A DNA stretch of 64,000 nt from Eledone cirrhosa (Eukaryota). A program made the translations under genes and the position numbers. Below the pieces are notes generated by a model that was not told the origin of the DNA, made no database searches, and saw only the letters and a program-made list of their open reading frames with translations. Positions 11,218-21,112 of the stretch are shown in pieces. Position 1 is the first letter of the stretch. Each line of letters begins with the position of its first letter. Location of the stretch: NCBI GenBank assembly GCA_964016885.1, contig OZ024743.1:286192001-286256000 (forward strand), written 5' to 3'.

Positions 11218-11665
11218 ATAATTGTGACTTCTTATGACCCAAGGCCATCAATTATCCCAGTGCATTACTGGTACTTTATTACAGTTAATAATTGTTTCTA
11301 CTTTTAGCACAAGGCCACCAGTTATTACAGTGTATTACTGGTACTTTATTTTATCGACCCCGTAAGGATGAAAGGCAAAGTTAACATCGGTGGGATTTGA
11401 ACTCAGATCATAAAGGGACATAACTCTAAGCCGGAAAGCATGGCGTCCGACCCTCTACCGATACTGCCAATCCATAAATAATAATTGTTTCTACTTTTGG
11501 CACAAGGCCAGCAATTATCCCAGTACATTACTGGTCCTTTAATTTATCGACTCCATAAGGATGAAAGGCAAAGTTAACCTCGGAGGGATTTGAACTGAGA
11601 CCGTAAAAGGGGCGTAACTCTATGCTACAAAGCATAGCGTCCGACCCTCTACCGATTAATGCCAT
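11218..11665 (-). mobile_element. Tandem Nin/Deu SINE copies and fragments
   Basis: Repeated AATAATTGTTTCTACTTTT.GCACAAGGCC...TTATCGACCCCGTAAGGATGAAAGGCAAAG...TTTGAACTCAG. More decayed copies lie at ~10955-11065, 12355-12505 and 12565-12710. Confidence 0.8.
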
Positions 11666-12323
11666 TTATTTAGTTTCAAGTTTTACTCTTGGCCAGCTCT
11701 AATATCTGAATGTCTGGGTTACATCTGGGCATGCTGGTTTTCACACGTTATAGGATTTACCCCAAAACATTCCGGTTTCAATTTAACATTATTTAAAGAA
11801 CTAAAGTAGTTTTTAAAAAATGTTCAATAATAACTTCAGATTAATCATAACTATTTTCACTTACACTTAATCGTGGATTCTTATCTAATACGCATGAATT
11901 ATCTATATAACGTTTACACAATTGAATTATAGAGTATACTGTTCATATTGAATACATATTTGTAACAGTCTATTAGACGCCCTAATGCTATAAACATAAA
12001 TATTTATATACATTTGAATGTGTGTGTGTGTGTTTAGTTAAAGGAGGCGCGACCACTCTAGCGATTTCTCCAAATAGGATTGAAAAAACGTACTAGTGGT
12101 ATTTATTTTATCGCTCGTGTCACAGAAAGGAAAAGGCAAAGAAACGTAATTGTGATCTTCACCCTTGATGATTGCAGGTATCATTTTTATGAACATAGTA
12201 TGTATGAACACGTAACTCTTGATGGAGTCGTATGGGCGCCGTAGTGACATATGGTATGCCTTGGGAATATTAAATCTGACGAACTCGTCTCTTCTCAAGC
12301 TCTGAATACAGTCGATTTCTTCC

Positions 12324-12354
<31 letters not shown>

Positions 12355-14347
12355 TCAACCCCAGTACTGGACTGGTACTTTTTATCGACCTCGATTAAAA
12401 AACGGCAAAGTTAACATCAGCGGGTTTTGAACTCAGAACACAAAGAGCCAGAATTAATACCGCTAAGTATTCTAGCCGACGTTCTCATGATCAATTCGTT
12501 GCCCAGTATGAATATAACAATAACAAAATAATTAGAAGTAGTGTTGTTATATTTAAATCATTTTATGGCTAACTCACAGTTTTGTGGAGGGGGTAGGAGT
12601 CGATTAAATCAACTCCAGTACTTGACTGACTCGTACTTTATTTTGTCGACCCCGGCAGAATGAAAGGCAAAGTTGACCTCGGCAGGATTTGTCTAACGAC
12701 TCTGCCAACCACTCTATGATCAAAGTAAAATAATGCAAATTAAAAGTGAACTCCTAAAAATAGTCAGAGTATGATTACTTCTTCTGCAATGGTAATTTGC
12801 TTGGACATATCTATCTCAAAAGAATTCTGTAGGAGAAACATTCGATACACCCCAAAAGGTTATCCAAAGTTAAAAATATCTTGAATTAGATAATGGCACT
12901 GATAAAGAAACTAGCTTATCTTGAATGAACGAGCACTTTATCATTCCTTACTGTGAAGACTATGCATTTATCATTCAAGAGCAAGTAGTAGATATTAAAT
13001 ATCTCAGAGACATGCATATAGATTACCATGTTGACATGTATCTTGCTTGCCATGTTAAGATAACGGGTGTCAGCTTCGTCAAATTTGTGTGGAAGACGTA
13101 TACACATTAGTTCACTGTCACAACTCTCTAGCAAGTTATTGGAAACAGAATATACCAACCAGAGCTAGAATGTATGATATTTTCAACTATGATGATTAAA
13201 TATATCGGCAGAAAATTCTTACTAAAATAGACAAGATTTTTAGCTGAAGGTAGTGAAATGAAGAATGTCTCCGGCCAGGAGGTGGATAGCCTAAAACTAT
13301 TTTATAATTAAATTTATTGATGTAATGATACGTGCATCTAATTACGTCATCAGATGTTTATACTACTGCTTCGGATTACCAATTTCAACAGAATATGGAA
13401 TCATTCATGATGTGCCAGACCTTTCAAAAAAAGTTCAACTTTATATTAGAATAAACACAATCGAAAGAATCTTGCCGCTTAGTTACAAACCAACATTTTT
13501 TTCTGTTTAACTAAAGTTAAAAAAAAACAAACTAAACAAACTATTACAAGACGATGTATGTTTTAAACATACATATAGTATATTTTGGGATCCTGAGTTT
13601 TTTTAAAATGTTAATTCTGTAATTGGTATATTTGTACTTTCTTGTCAAACGGACACCAATATTGAAATTTACTCACCAGATACGAAGCGTTTAAAATAGA
13701 CTTATCACATGTATTCCACTACAGTGCAGCAATTGATTAGACTAACATACATACAACCCTATAATCAATTATACAGATACATATTGCATATATATAGTAT
13801 GCTGGTTCATATATATATATATACACACATTATCAACCGAACTTCTTATTTTTTTGCAGAAATATTTGGTTGGCATGTTTGATCGATGGCCGATGTGACC
13901 GTTAGTTGTTGTTGTGTGACTGGAGTAGGGAAAACGATTTTACAAACCGTTAGTATAAGCCAACAAGGAAACAAGACTGCTAATTTATATACTATAATGT
14001 GCTCATTAATATATTGATAATATATATAGAAGTCACAGAGGAGAGTATTTTCTTGGGATCTACATGTATTTGAATTGTAAGCAAAATATATTAGAGACAA
14101 ATAGAGACAAACTGAAGATGTGAATGTAAAGATGCAATACAAATATTGCCTTACATGTGGCATTTTTGCTAAGCTTCATGGCTTAGCAGTTAGCCAAAAT
14201 GACCAGCACTACTACAGGCAAATTCTGTTGTCGAGTTAGTATGACTTGCCTTATGCACCCCTTATGCATTATCACGCTGGTTACCTTTTTTAATTGTTTG
14301 AATAACCGGCATCATGAAACTCAGAATAACGATTCAAGAGGTTCTCA

Positions 14348-14760
14348 TAATTGTTTCTGATTTAATCACAAGGCGAACAATTTTGAGGGAGGGGAAAGTC
14401 AAATAAATCGACTTCAGTGCATTACAGGTGCTTTATTTTATCGACCCCGTAATGATGAAAGGCATTGTTAACCTCGGCGGGATTTGAACTCAGAACATAA
14501 ACGGCCATAACTCTATGCTGCAAAGCATGGTGTCTGACGCTCTACCGATACTGCCAAACTACCGCCCTTAATAATTGTTTCTACTTTAGGCGCAAGGCCA
14601 GCAATTACCCAGTGCATTACTGGTACTTTATTTTATCGACCCCGTAAGGATGAAAGGCAAAGTCAACCTCGGCGGGATTTGAACTCAGATCGTAAAGGGA
14701 CGTAACTATGCTGGAAAGCATGGCGTCCGACGCTCTACCGATACTGCCAAATCACCGCCC
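14348..14760 (-). mobile_element. Two tandem full-length Nin/Deu tRNA SINEs
   Basis: Copies at 14348-14567 and 14572-14760 with A/B boxes (TGGCAGTATCGG, GAGTTCAAATCC), a Nin domain and short (ATT)n tails. Confidence 0.85.
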
Positions 14761-14800
<40 letters not shown>

Positions 14801-15060
14801 TTTCTTTATTAACCACAAGGGTTTACATAAAGTAGACATTAAGGACAGTGCAGGACAATGCAGGACGGTACAAATGGGCATTTCTGCGTGTAAAAAAACA
14901 AAAACAGAGGATGTAACAAAAATAACAATGAAAATAACAATGAAAAATTCCCCAATAGGGGGGAGACTTCGGAGGGACATTTGTGGAGAAAGCCCAGTAA
15001 AAAGCCACAATGACCCTGACCACCAAGGCAAGTGCCCTCTCCCAGTTTTCCACCTTTAAT

Positions 15061-18000
15061 TTACAGATATATGCTCAGAGTAGGCCCATTCACTCGGGCC
15101 ATTCTTGCTTCTCTCACCCATCTTTCAACAAAATGCTGGGAAGAGAGCACTTCCCTCTCTACTCTGATTTTCCTTTTCAAATGAAATTTGAAAAAGTCAA
15201 TCAGAGCATCACCGAAGAGGTAAGTGCTCGTCTTCAGCCCTTTCAAACGTGTCCACCATACTATCTCTTTCGCCATGGCCACCAGGCAGATAAAAACTGC
15301 CTGCCCTTCCCGGCTAAAGGAGGAGGGCGGGGCAATCCTCACGATAGACTCAGATGATAGCTGGATCCGTCCTAAACGCGACAGCAGGTGTTCGACATAA
15401 ACCCACAAGTCAGCAATTTTCGGACACTGGACGAGTGCGTGCAGGACGGTTTCGTCGCCCTGCGCGCATCTCGGACATGCCCGGCTGACGGCACCTCCAT
15501 GCCTGTAGAGTTTATCCCGAACTGGCAAGGCTCCTCGGTAGCACTGCCAGGCCAGAGATTTCTGGAAGTTGTCCATAGGCCCCGGCCCGAAAGTTCTTCC
15601 GAAGAGATTGGCTAGTTGATTTTCGTCGACGCCTAGAGTTTCCCCAAGTACGTCGTCGCTCTTCCCCTCCACTAATCCTCTATAGAACGCCGAGGTGGAG
15701 TTTCCACCGATCACATTGCCCGATTGGTCGAGGGCTGTGAGCGCCTGAAGACATTCCAGTCTCCAGGCGCTCCCTCTCGGTCTTCGCTTGACCCAGGACT
15801 GCAGCTCCGTCAAGGAAACGAGCTGGGGAAAAACGCGTCTAGCAAACGGCGACCACACCTGATCACCGTCGAGGAAGAGGTGGAGATGTCGTAGCCTGAG
15901 CGCGTGCCTGCGCATCATCAGCCACGGCATGCCCAGCCCTCCACGTAGCGGGTGTTGACAACAGATGGACCGCCTGACCATCGGAGCACGTCCCTTCCAC
16001 AAAAAGCGAAAGAGCAAACGCTCCAGCGCAGTCAGGCGAGGCTTAGGACAAGGTACGACGGTTAGGCGGTAGCAGATGACAGACGCGATGTACGCGTTAG
16101 CCACCTCCGCTCGACCTTTCAGGGATAGCTTCCTCTCCGCCCATTTCTGGGTGAGAGAAGCCACCCTGCTCGTCACCTCGTCCCAGTTTTTGTCCGTCTG
16201 GAGGTCCGGACCGAACCAGACCCCTAGCAATTTAACCGGTCCGTCCGTCCAGCGCCCGACGACGCTGTTGGACGGCATGGACCTGCCTCTCCAGGTGCCG
16301 AGCTGCAGGCCCACTGACTTTTCCTGGTTGATCATTGCTCCTGTCACCGCTTCGTATTCTCTTAGTGTAGTGCCGATCGCCTCGATGTGTTTGGCGTTCG
16401 ACACCACTACGGTGACATCGTCCGCATATGCTGACACGGATCTTCCGCATCCTAGTTCGCGCGGGACTCCCCTCAACGTCTCCAGTTTGTGCAGTAATGG
16501 CTCGAGCGTCAATACGTACAAGAGGGACGAGAGGGGACATCCTTGGCGGACCGAGCGCATGATGTTGAACGGTTCCGACAGGTGACCGTTCACTCTCACC
16601 ACAGAGCAGATGTCACTGTGCATGGCAGCGATCCAGCCTCTGAAGACGGGCCCAAAGCCAGCCGCCCTCAGGACTGCCGCTAGGTAACGATGGTCGACCC
16701 TATCGAAAGCTTTCGACTGATCTAAATTGATCAAGGACCCACCCGTGCCAGGTTCCCTAGCTACCCTCTCTACGATGTATCGCATGAGGTGGAGGTTGTC
16801 GTGGATGGATCTGTCGGGAATGGCGCATGTCTGCGCCTCTCCCACCAGACCACCAACGACAAGCGCCAACCTCTTTGCTAGCACCTTGGCCAAAATCTTA
16901 AACTCTGTGTTTAGCAGAGTTATGGGCCGGAAATTGTCTATGTTATCCCCCTTGTTCGGATCCTTTCTCAGCAGTGCCACCGCTCCTCGGCTCACAGAAC
17001 TGGGAATTCTCCCGTTCTGTTGCCAGTTGCAGTAGACGTCCGCCAAGAGGCCTCCGAACAAGTCTGGCATCTGTACGTAAAGTTCATAGGGCAGACCATC
17101 CAAACCAGGCGATTTACCCCTTGTGCAGCCAGTCATTGCCTCCCTTACTTCAGCGGCTGTTATCGGCTTTTCGCAACACTTCGCCTCAGTGGCCGAGAGC
17201 CGCGGCAGTCCGTCGAGGTAGACACTAAAGTCCATCCCTCTACCCGGCCCCCCGCTGCCCCCGAACAGCTGAGCGAAGTGTCGCTGAAAAGCTTCACACA
17301 TTTGCCCGGGATCGAGTAGCATGCGCCCGTCGTGGTCCACCAAAGACCGGATCGTGGCTTTGTTGCCACGACGCGCCTCCGCCACTCGGGCCCATTGAAC
17401 GGCTTTCGTCCCCTCGTGTCTGAGAGCACGCACCCTAGCTCTGACAACGCAGCCTTCGTGCTTTGCATTGAAGAATTGGTCAAGGGCCAATTTCGCCGCA
17501 AGCACGTCGGTCGCAATGCCTTTGCTAAGCGCCTCGTCTAATTTTCTAACTAGTTCTCCCTCTGCTCTATTTTTCTCTATTGCTAAAGCCTTACTAAACC
17601 TAATCGATTCTATTCTAATCGCTCTTTTCAGAGCAAACCACCACTTGTTGTTGACGATGGCCCCCGTCAACGCCCGCTTAACTAGTTCGCTAATCCGGTC
17701 TCTGTAGGCCTTGCGCGCTGGTAAGGACGCGTTTAGCTTCCAGTAGCCGGGTCCTCGTCTATGAAGCCTATCTAAGTCAAGCACACAGATCACGAATTTG
17801 TGGTCCGTGTAGCTGACTATCTTGAATTGTGGACAGCCTATGCTAGACCTATCTATTTCCCTACAAAATACTCTATCTAGATATGATCTGGATGACCCTA
17901 TGCGGTTTGTCCAAGTCCACATTGGCACATTCGGGAAATCCAATCGGTACCTGTCAGACAGTTCAAAACGCCTGAGCAGGTTGGTGAGGCTCTTGCACCC

Positions 18001-18480
18001 TCCACCCCTATCCGCTAATCCCACACAGTCCCAGCGTGCATCTAAGATCCCGTTCCAGTCGCCCACTAACACTAAAGAGCGGGACGTTCCAAGAAAGGTC
18101 TCCAGACGCCGGAAGAAATCAGGCCGCCCTGCTCCTGTCGGGGCATAGACGGCCACTAGCCTGAAAGCTTGCCCGTCTCCGCTGGTCACGTCCAGCACCA
18201 CCAGCTTACCCTCTGGGTCCAGGAAGATGGCCCGTATGGCGAGATCCAAACCTCTCCGAAAAAGCACAGCAACTCCTCCACCCGATCCAGGACGGCTGGG
18301 AGATGCGTACACATCGTAGCCGCCGAAGATCGGTACGAAGGCCCGTGCTTCGGAGATTCTGGTCTCGCTGATGGCCACTACATCTATGTTTAGTGACCTG
18401 AGGTCGTTGAGCAGGTGACCCTGCTTCCATGACGACCCCAAGCCACGCGCATTTATGCTGCCTATTCTGAGTGAGGTCAT
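15061..18480 (-). CDS. ORF2p: APE endonuclease, reverse transcriptase and C-terminal zinc-binding domain (1139 aa)
   Basis: EN motifs SINARG, ISETR, VGDWN, YLDRVF, TDHK. RT motifs FRPITLLN, DQSKAFDRV, VRQGCPLS, YADD. C-terminal CPRC..H...C. Confidence 0.95.
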   Translation of the reverse strand: MTSLRIGSINARGLGSSWKQGHLLNDLRSLNIDVVAISETRISEARAFVPIFGGYDVYASPSRPGSGGGVAVLFRRGLDLAIRAIFLDPEGKLVVLDVTSGDGQAFRLVAVYAPTGAGRPDFFRRLETFLGTSRSLVLVGDWNGILDARWDCVGLADRGGGCKSLTNLLRRFELSDRYRLDFPNVPMWTWTNRIGSSRSYLDRVFCREIDRSSIGCPQFKIVSYTDHKFVICVLDLDRLHRRGPGYWKLNASLPARKAYRDRISELVKRALTGAIVNNKWWFALKRAIRIESIRFSKALAIEKNRAEGELVRKLDEALSKGIATDVLAAKLALDQFFNAKHEGCVVRARVRALRHEGTKAVQWARVAEARRGNKATIRSLVDHDGRMLLDPGQMCEAFQRHFAQLFGGSGGPGRGMDFSVYLDGLPRLSATEAKCCEKPITAAEVREAMTGCTRGKSPGLDGLPYELYVQMPDLFGGLLADVYCNWQQNGRIPSSVSRGAVALLRKDPNKGDNIDNFRPITLLNTEFKILAKVLAKRLALVVGGLVGEAQTCAIPDRSIHDNLHLMRYIVERVAREPGTGGSLINLDQSKAFDRVDHRYLAAVLRAAGFGPVFRGWIAAMHSDICSVVRVNGHLSEPFNIMRSVRQGCPLSSLLYVLTLEPLLHKLETLRGVPRELGCGRSVSAYADDVTVVVSNAKHIEAIGTTLREYEAVTGAMINQEKSVGLQLGTWRGRSMPSNSVVGRWTDGPVKLLGVWFGPDLQTDKNWDEVTSRVASLTQKWAERKLSLKGRAEVANAYIASVICYRLTVVPCPKPRLTALERLLFRFLWKGRAPMVRRSICCQHPLRGGLGMPWLMMRRHALRLRHLHLFLDGDQVWSPFARRVFPQLVSLTELQSWVKRRPRGSAWRLECLQALTALDQSGNVIGGNSTSAFYRGLVEGKSDDVLGETLGVDENQLANLFGRTFGPGPMDNFQKSLAWQCYRGALPVRDKLYRHGGAVSRACPRCAQGDETVLHALVQCPKIADLWVYVEHLLSRLGRIQLSSESIVRIAPPSSFSREGQAVFICLVAMAKEIVWWTRLKGLKTSTYLFGDALIDFFKFHLKRKIRVEREVLSSQHFVERWVREARMARVNGPTLSIYL

Positions 18481-18515
18481 GTTTAAAATAGAGTGGAAAA
18501 GATGGGAAAGACCAC

Positions 18516-20630
18516 TTACCGTACTTTTGGTAGAGGAGGGATGGTTTTTACATCCCTTTTCACTTGATCGTCTGGTGAAGGGACCGTTGAATCGTCCCTT
18601 CGGCTGGTCGTCGGCTCTTCTAAGAGAATGTCTGAGTATACTCTTCGATTGATGGTTCCTCCTAGGTCCCTGAAATCACCAACTGCGTTGGGGAATTTCG
18701 TTTTAGTGTTTGTGTATTGTTTCTGTGCTATTTTTAGCAGTCTTATGTTAGTTGGCGTTTTGATTGGTGCTGGTATTATGTAGTCCTGTTGTGAAATGTC
18801 TGTGTGTTCAATTATGTAAATCATTAGTTTCTTGTTGTGTGTATTTATTGCCGTGCATTTGTTTTTCTGGGGGTGGGGTGTGGTTCTGCTATTTTCTTGT
18901 CGTTGTTGCTGGGTGTGTGTGTTTTGTTGTTGTGTTTGCGATGTTGGTGCTTGTGGTGGTGGTGTTGAAGGTGTTGTTGGCGGTGGGGTTGTCGCCGGTG
19001 GTGATGGTGGTGCTAGTGTGGGTGGTGATGGTGTTGGTGTTGTTGCTGCTGTGGGTCTCTTTGCAGTAGACTTTACCCTTTTCTCATTTCTTTCCTCCCT
19101 TTTCAAAGGCGACGATGCGCTGCTTCTGCGTTTGTGCCTTCTTGCGACCTTTTGCCATCCCTCTCCCACCTCACACTCCATGTCTGATTCTGTGAGGTCG
19201 GGGAGGGGTACCAGCTCCACTCTTTCACTTGTTGTTGTTGGTGATGTTTGCACTGGAGTCTCTGTTGCAGCTGCATTTGGTATTGCTGTTGTTGTTGTTA
19301 ATATTTCCACTGCTGCTGCTGTTTTTGATTTCCGTGGCGTGGGTATGGGTGCCACGGACCTATCGTTCCTGGTTGCCGCTTGTCCTGTTGCTGGTAGCCG
19401 TGGAGCCGGATTCGGAAGGAGGGGGGTTTTCTCCTTTCTCAGGGTCTTCTCGTTGCAGAAGGCCCTGAGGTGAGTCTTCGATCCACAGCGAAAGCATTTC
19501 GGGCGTTTGCCCTCAACACTTATGGGCAGTTGAGTGCCGTTATCGAAGTCTATCACATCCGGGATAGCTTCGATGCACTCCTGGTTGGTTTGGATTAGCA
19601 TCTCAATGGAGGTGCCTACCCAATCTTCTCTTACTTTTTTCTGTACTTGCAGTACAGTTGTTTTGTCCTCGATTCCGACGAGGACAGACGCGGCCAGCCA
19701 AGAAGGGGCCATTCCGGGGGGGGGGGGGGGGGAGACGTGGGTCAGTTTGACCCTCACAATTTTTTGCCCGCAGTAGGAGGGCACCAACACCATTTCCTCG
19801 CTCCTTGGGGTCACTACTGATTGGGCCTTTGCCTCCTGGGGTGTGGCAAAAAGTACGTCTACGGTGGCATATTTTTTGCCTCGGGTGATGTGCGTTTTCC
19901 GCTGCCACACAGACCCCAAGGCTTTTTGTATCTGAGCCTCTGTGGCTCTTTCCACCCTACGGGATTTTGTACTTACTGTACGGTACGTGACCGTACAGTG
20001 CTGTTGGGTTTCGAAAAATTTTTCCGCTGCCTTGCAGATTGCTCGGTGTCCATTCTTTGTCACCATCTTCTTCGCTTCCTCTAATTCCTCATTTGTTATG
20101 AGGATTGTTTCCAAGTTTTTCGCAATGCCTGCAAATGAGATTGGTTTTTCTTTGCTGCTATTGTTGTTGTTGTCGTCAGAGCTGCTGGTACTTTTGTTGT
20201 TGCTGCAGGTACTACGACTACTGCCTCCGCCGCTGTTGCTGTGGTTGTTGTTGGTGTTGCTGCTGCTAATGCTGTTGTTGTTTATGCTGCTGGTGATGCT
20301 GTTGCGGCTGCTACTGTTGTTTTCATTGTCACTGTTGCTGTTGTTATTACGGCTGCTACTGCTATTATTCCTGACGTCAGACGAATGAACTGGGTTTTCG
20401 TATTTCCCGCACACCTGTTTCGTCGCTGTCGTCGTCGTCGTGGAGAAACCTTGCACGCTTTGCACGAGACTTTTCTTTTCTTTCGTCACTTGCGAAAGAG
20501 AAGGGAGGGAGAGAGACACATTTAAAGAAGGGAGGGAGAGAGACAATCTTCTCTCTGCTGTAGTGATGATTGAGGAAGAAGAAGACGGAATGAGTGGGAG
20601 TGACGTATGAAATTTCTTTTTCGTAGCCAT
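18516..20630 (-). CDS. ORF1p: low-complexity N-terminus, putative RRM-like region, single CCHC knuckle, Pro/Thr-rich tail (704 aa)
   Basis: CFRCGSKTHLRAFC (CX2CX4HX4C). Lies 35 bp upstream of ORF2. Confidence 0.88.
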   Translation of the reverse strand: MATKKKFHTSLPLIPSSSSSIITTAERRLSLSLPSLNVSLSLPSLSQVTKEKKSLVQSVQGFSTTTTTATKQVCGKYENPVHSSDVRNNSSSSRNNNSNSDNENNSSSRNSITSSINNNSISSSNTNNNHSNSGGGSSRSTCSNNKSTSSSDDNNNNSSKEKPISFAGIAKNLETILITNEELEEAKKMVTKNGHRAICKAAEKFFETQQHCTVTYRTVSTKSRRVERATEAQIQKALGSVWQRKTHITRGKKYATVDVLFATPQEAKAQSVVTPRSEEMVLVPSYCGQKIVRVKLTHVSPPPPPGMAPSWLAASVLVGIEDKTTVLQVQKKVREDWVGTSIEMLIQTNQECIEAIPDVIDFDNGTQLPISVEGKRPKCFRCGSKTHLRAFCNEKTLRKEKTPLLPNPAPRLPATGQAATRNDRSVAPIPTPRKSKTAAAVEILTTTTAIPNAAATETPVQTSPTTTSERVELVPLPDLTESDMECEVGEGWQKVARRHKRRSSASSPLKREERNEKRVKSTAKRPTAATTPTPSPPTLAPPSPPATTPPPTTPSTPPPQAPTSQTQQQNTHTQQQRQENSRTTPHPQKNKCTAINTHNKKLMIYIIEHTDISQQDYIIPAPIKTPTNIRLLKIAQKQYTNTKTKFPNAVGDFRDLGGTINRRVYSDILLEEPTTSRRDDSTVPSPDDQVKRDVKTIPPLPKVR

Positions 20631-21112
20631 GTTGTTTTTTTGTTTAAAATGAATATTGGGTACAAAACCCCAATAACTGGTTATTTAACCCCGAAGGGCC
20701 AAATAACGGACAGAAAGACCCCTCTCACGAGAAGGAGGGTGTCTTTATCAACAATTTGGTTCAAGTTTTAAACAATTTACAATTGTTTTAACGGTTAAAA
20801 ATTACTATACCTTACAGAGCCGAGCCTCCATCAACCATGGCATTCAATAATGATTTCTTTATTAACCACAAGGGTTTACATAAAGTAGACATTAAGGACA
20901 GTGCAGGACAATGCAGGACGGTACAAATGGGCATTTCTGCGTGTAAAAAAACAAAAATAGAGGATGTAACAAAATAACAATGAAAATAACAATGAAAAAT
21001 TCCCCAATAGGGGGGAGACTTCGGAGGGACATTTGTGGAGAAAGCCCAGTAAAAAGCCACAATGACCCTGACCACCAAGGCAAGTGCCCTCTCCCAGTTT
21101 TCCACCTTTAGT

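Larger units (their letters stand above)
14763..20845 (-). mobile_element. Tx1-like LINE copy 1 (subfamily A), full length with both ORFs intact
   Basis: (AAT)12 tail at 14763-14798, 3' UTR, ORF2, ORF1 and 5' UTR. The 5' end GAATGCCATGG is identical in copy 2. Confidence 0.93.

Noticed and set aside
12780-13290. Possible decayed coding sequence or exon (NEHFIIPYCEDYAFIIQEQ...)
   Set aside because: It has multiple stops and no recognisable motif. It may be an old transposon but cannot be supported.
13325-13360. Minus-strand CTGATGA-CGT..ACG hammerhead-like start
   Set aside because: No GAAA or stem III follows.
14572-14760. tRNA gene
   Set aside because: The A/B boxes belong to a multi-copy SINE head, and there is no complete cloverleaf.
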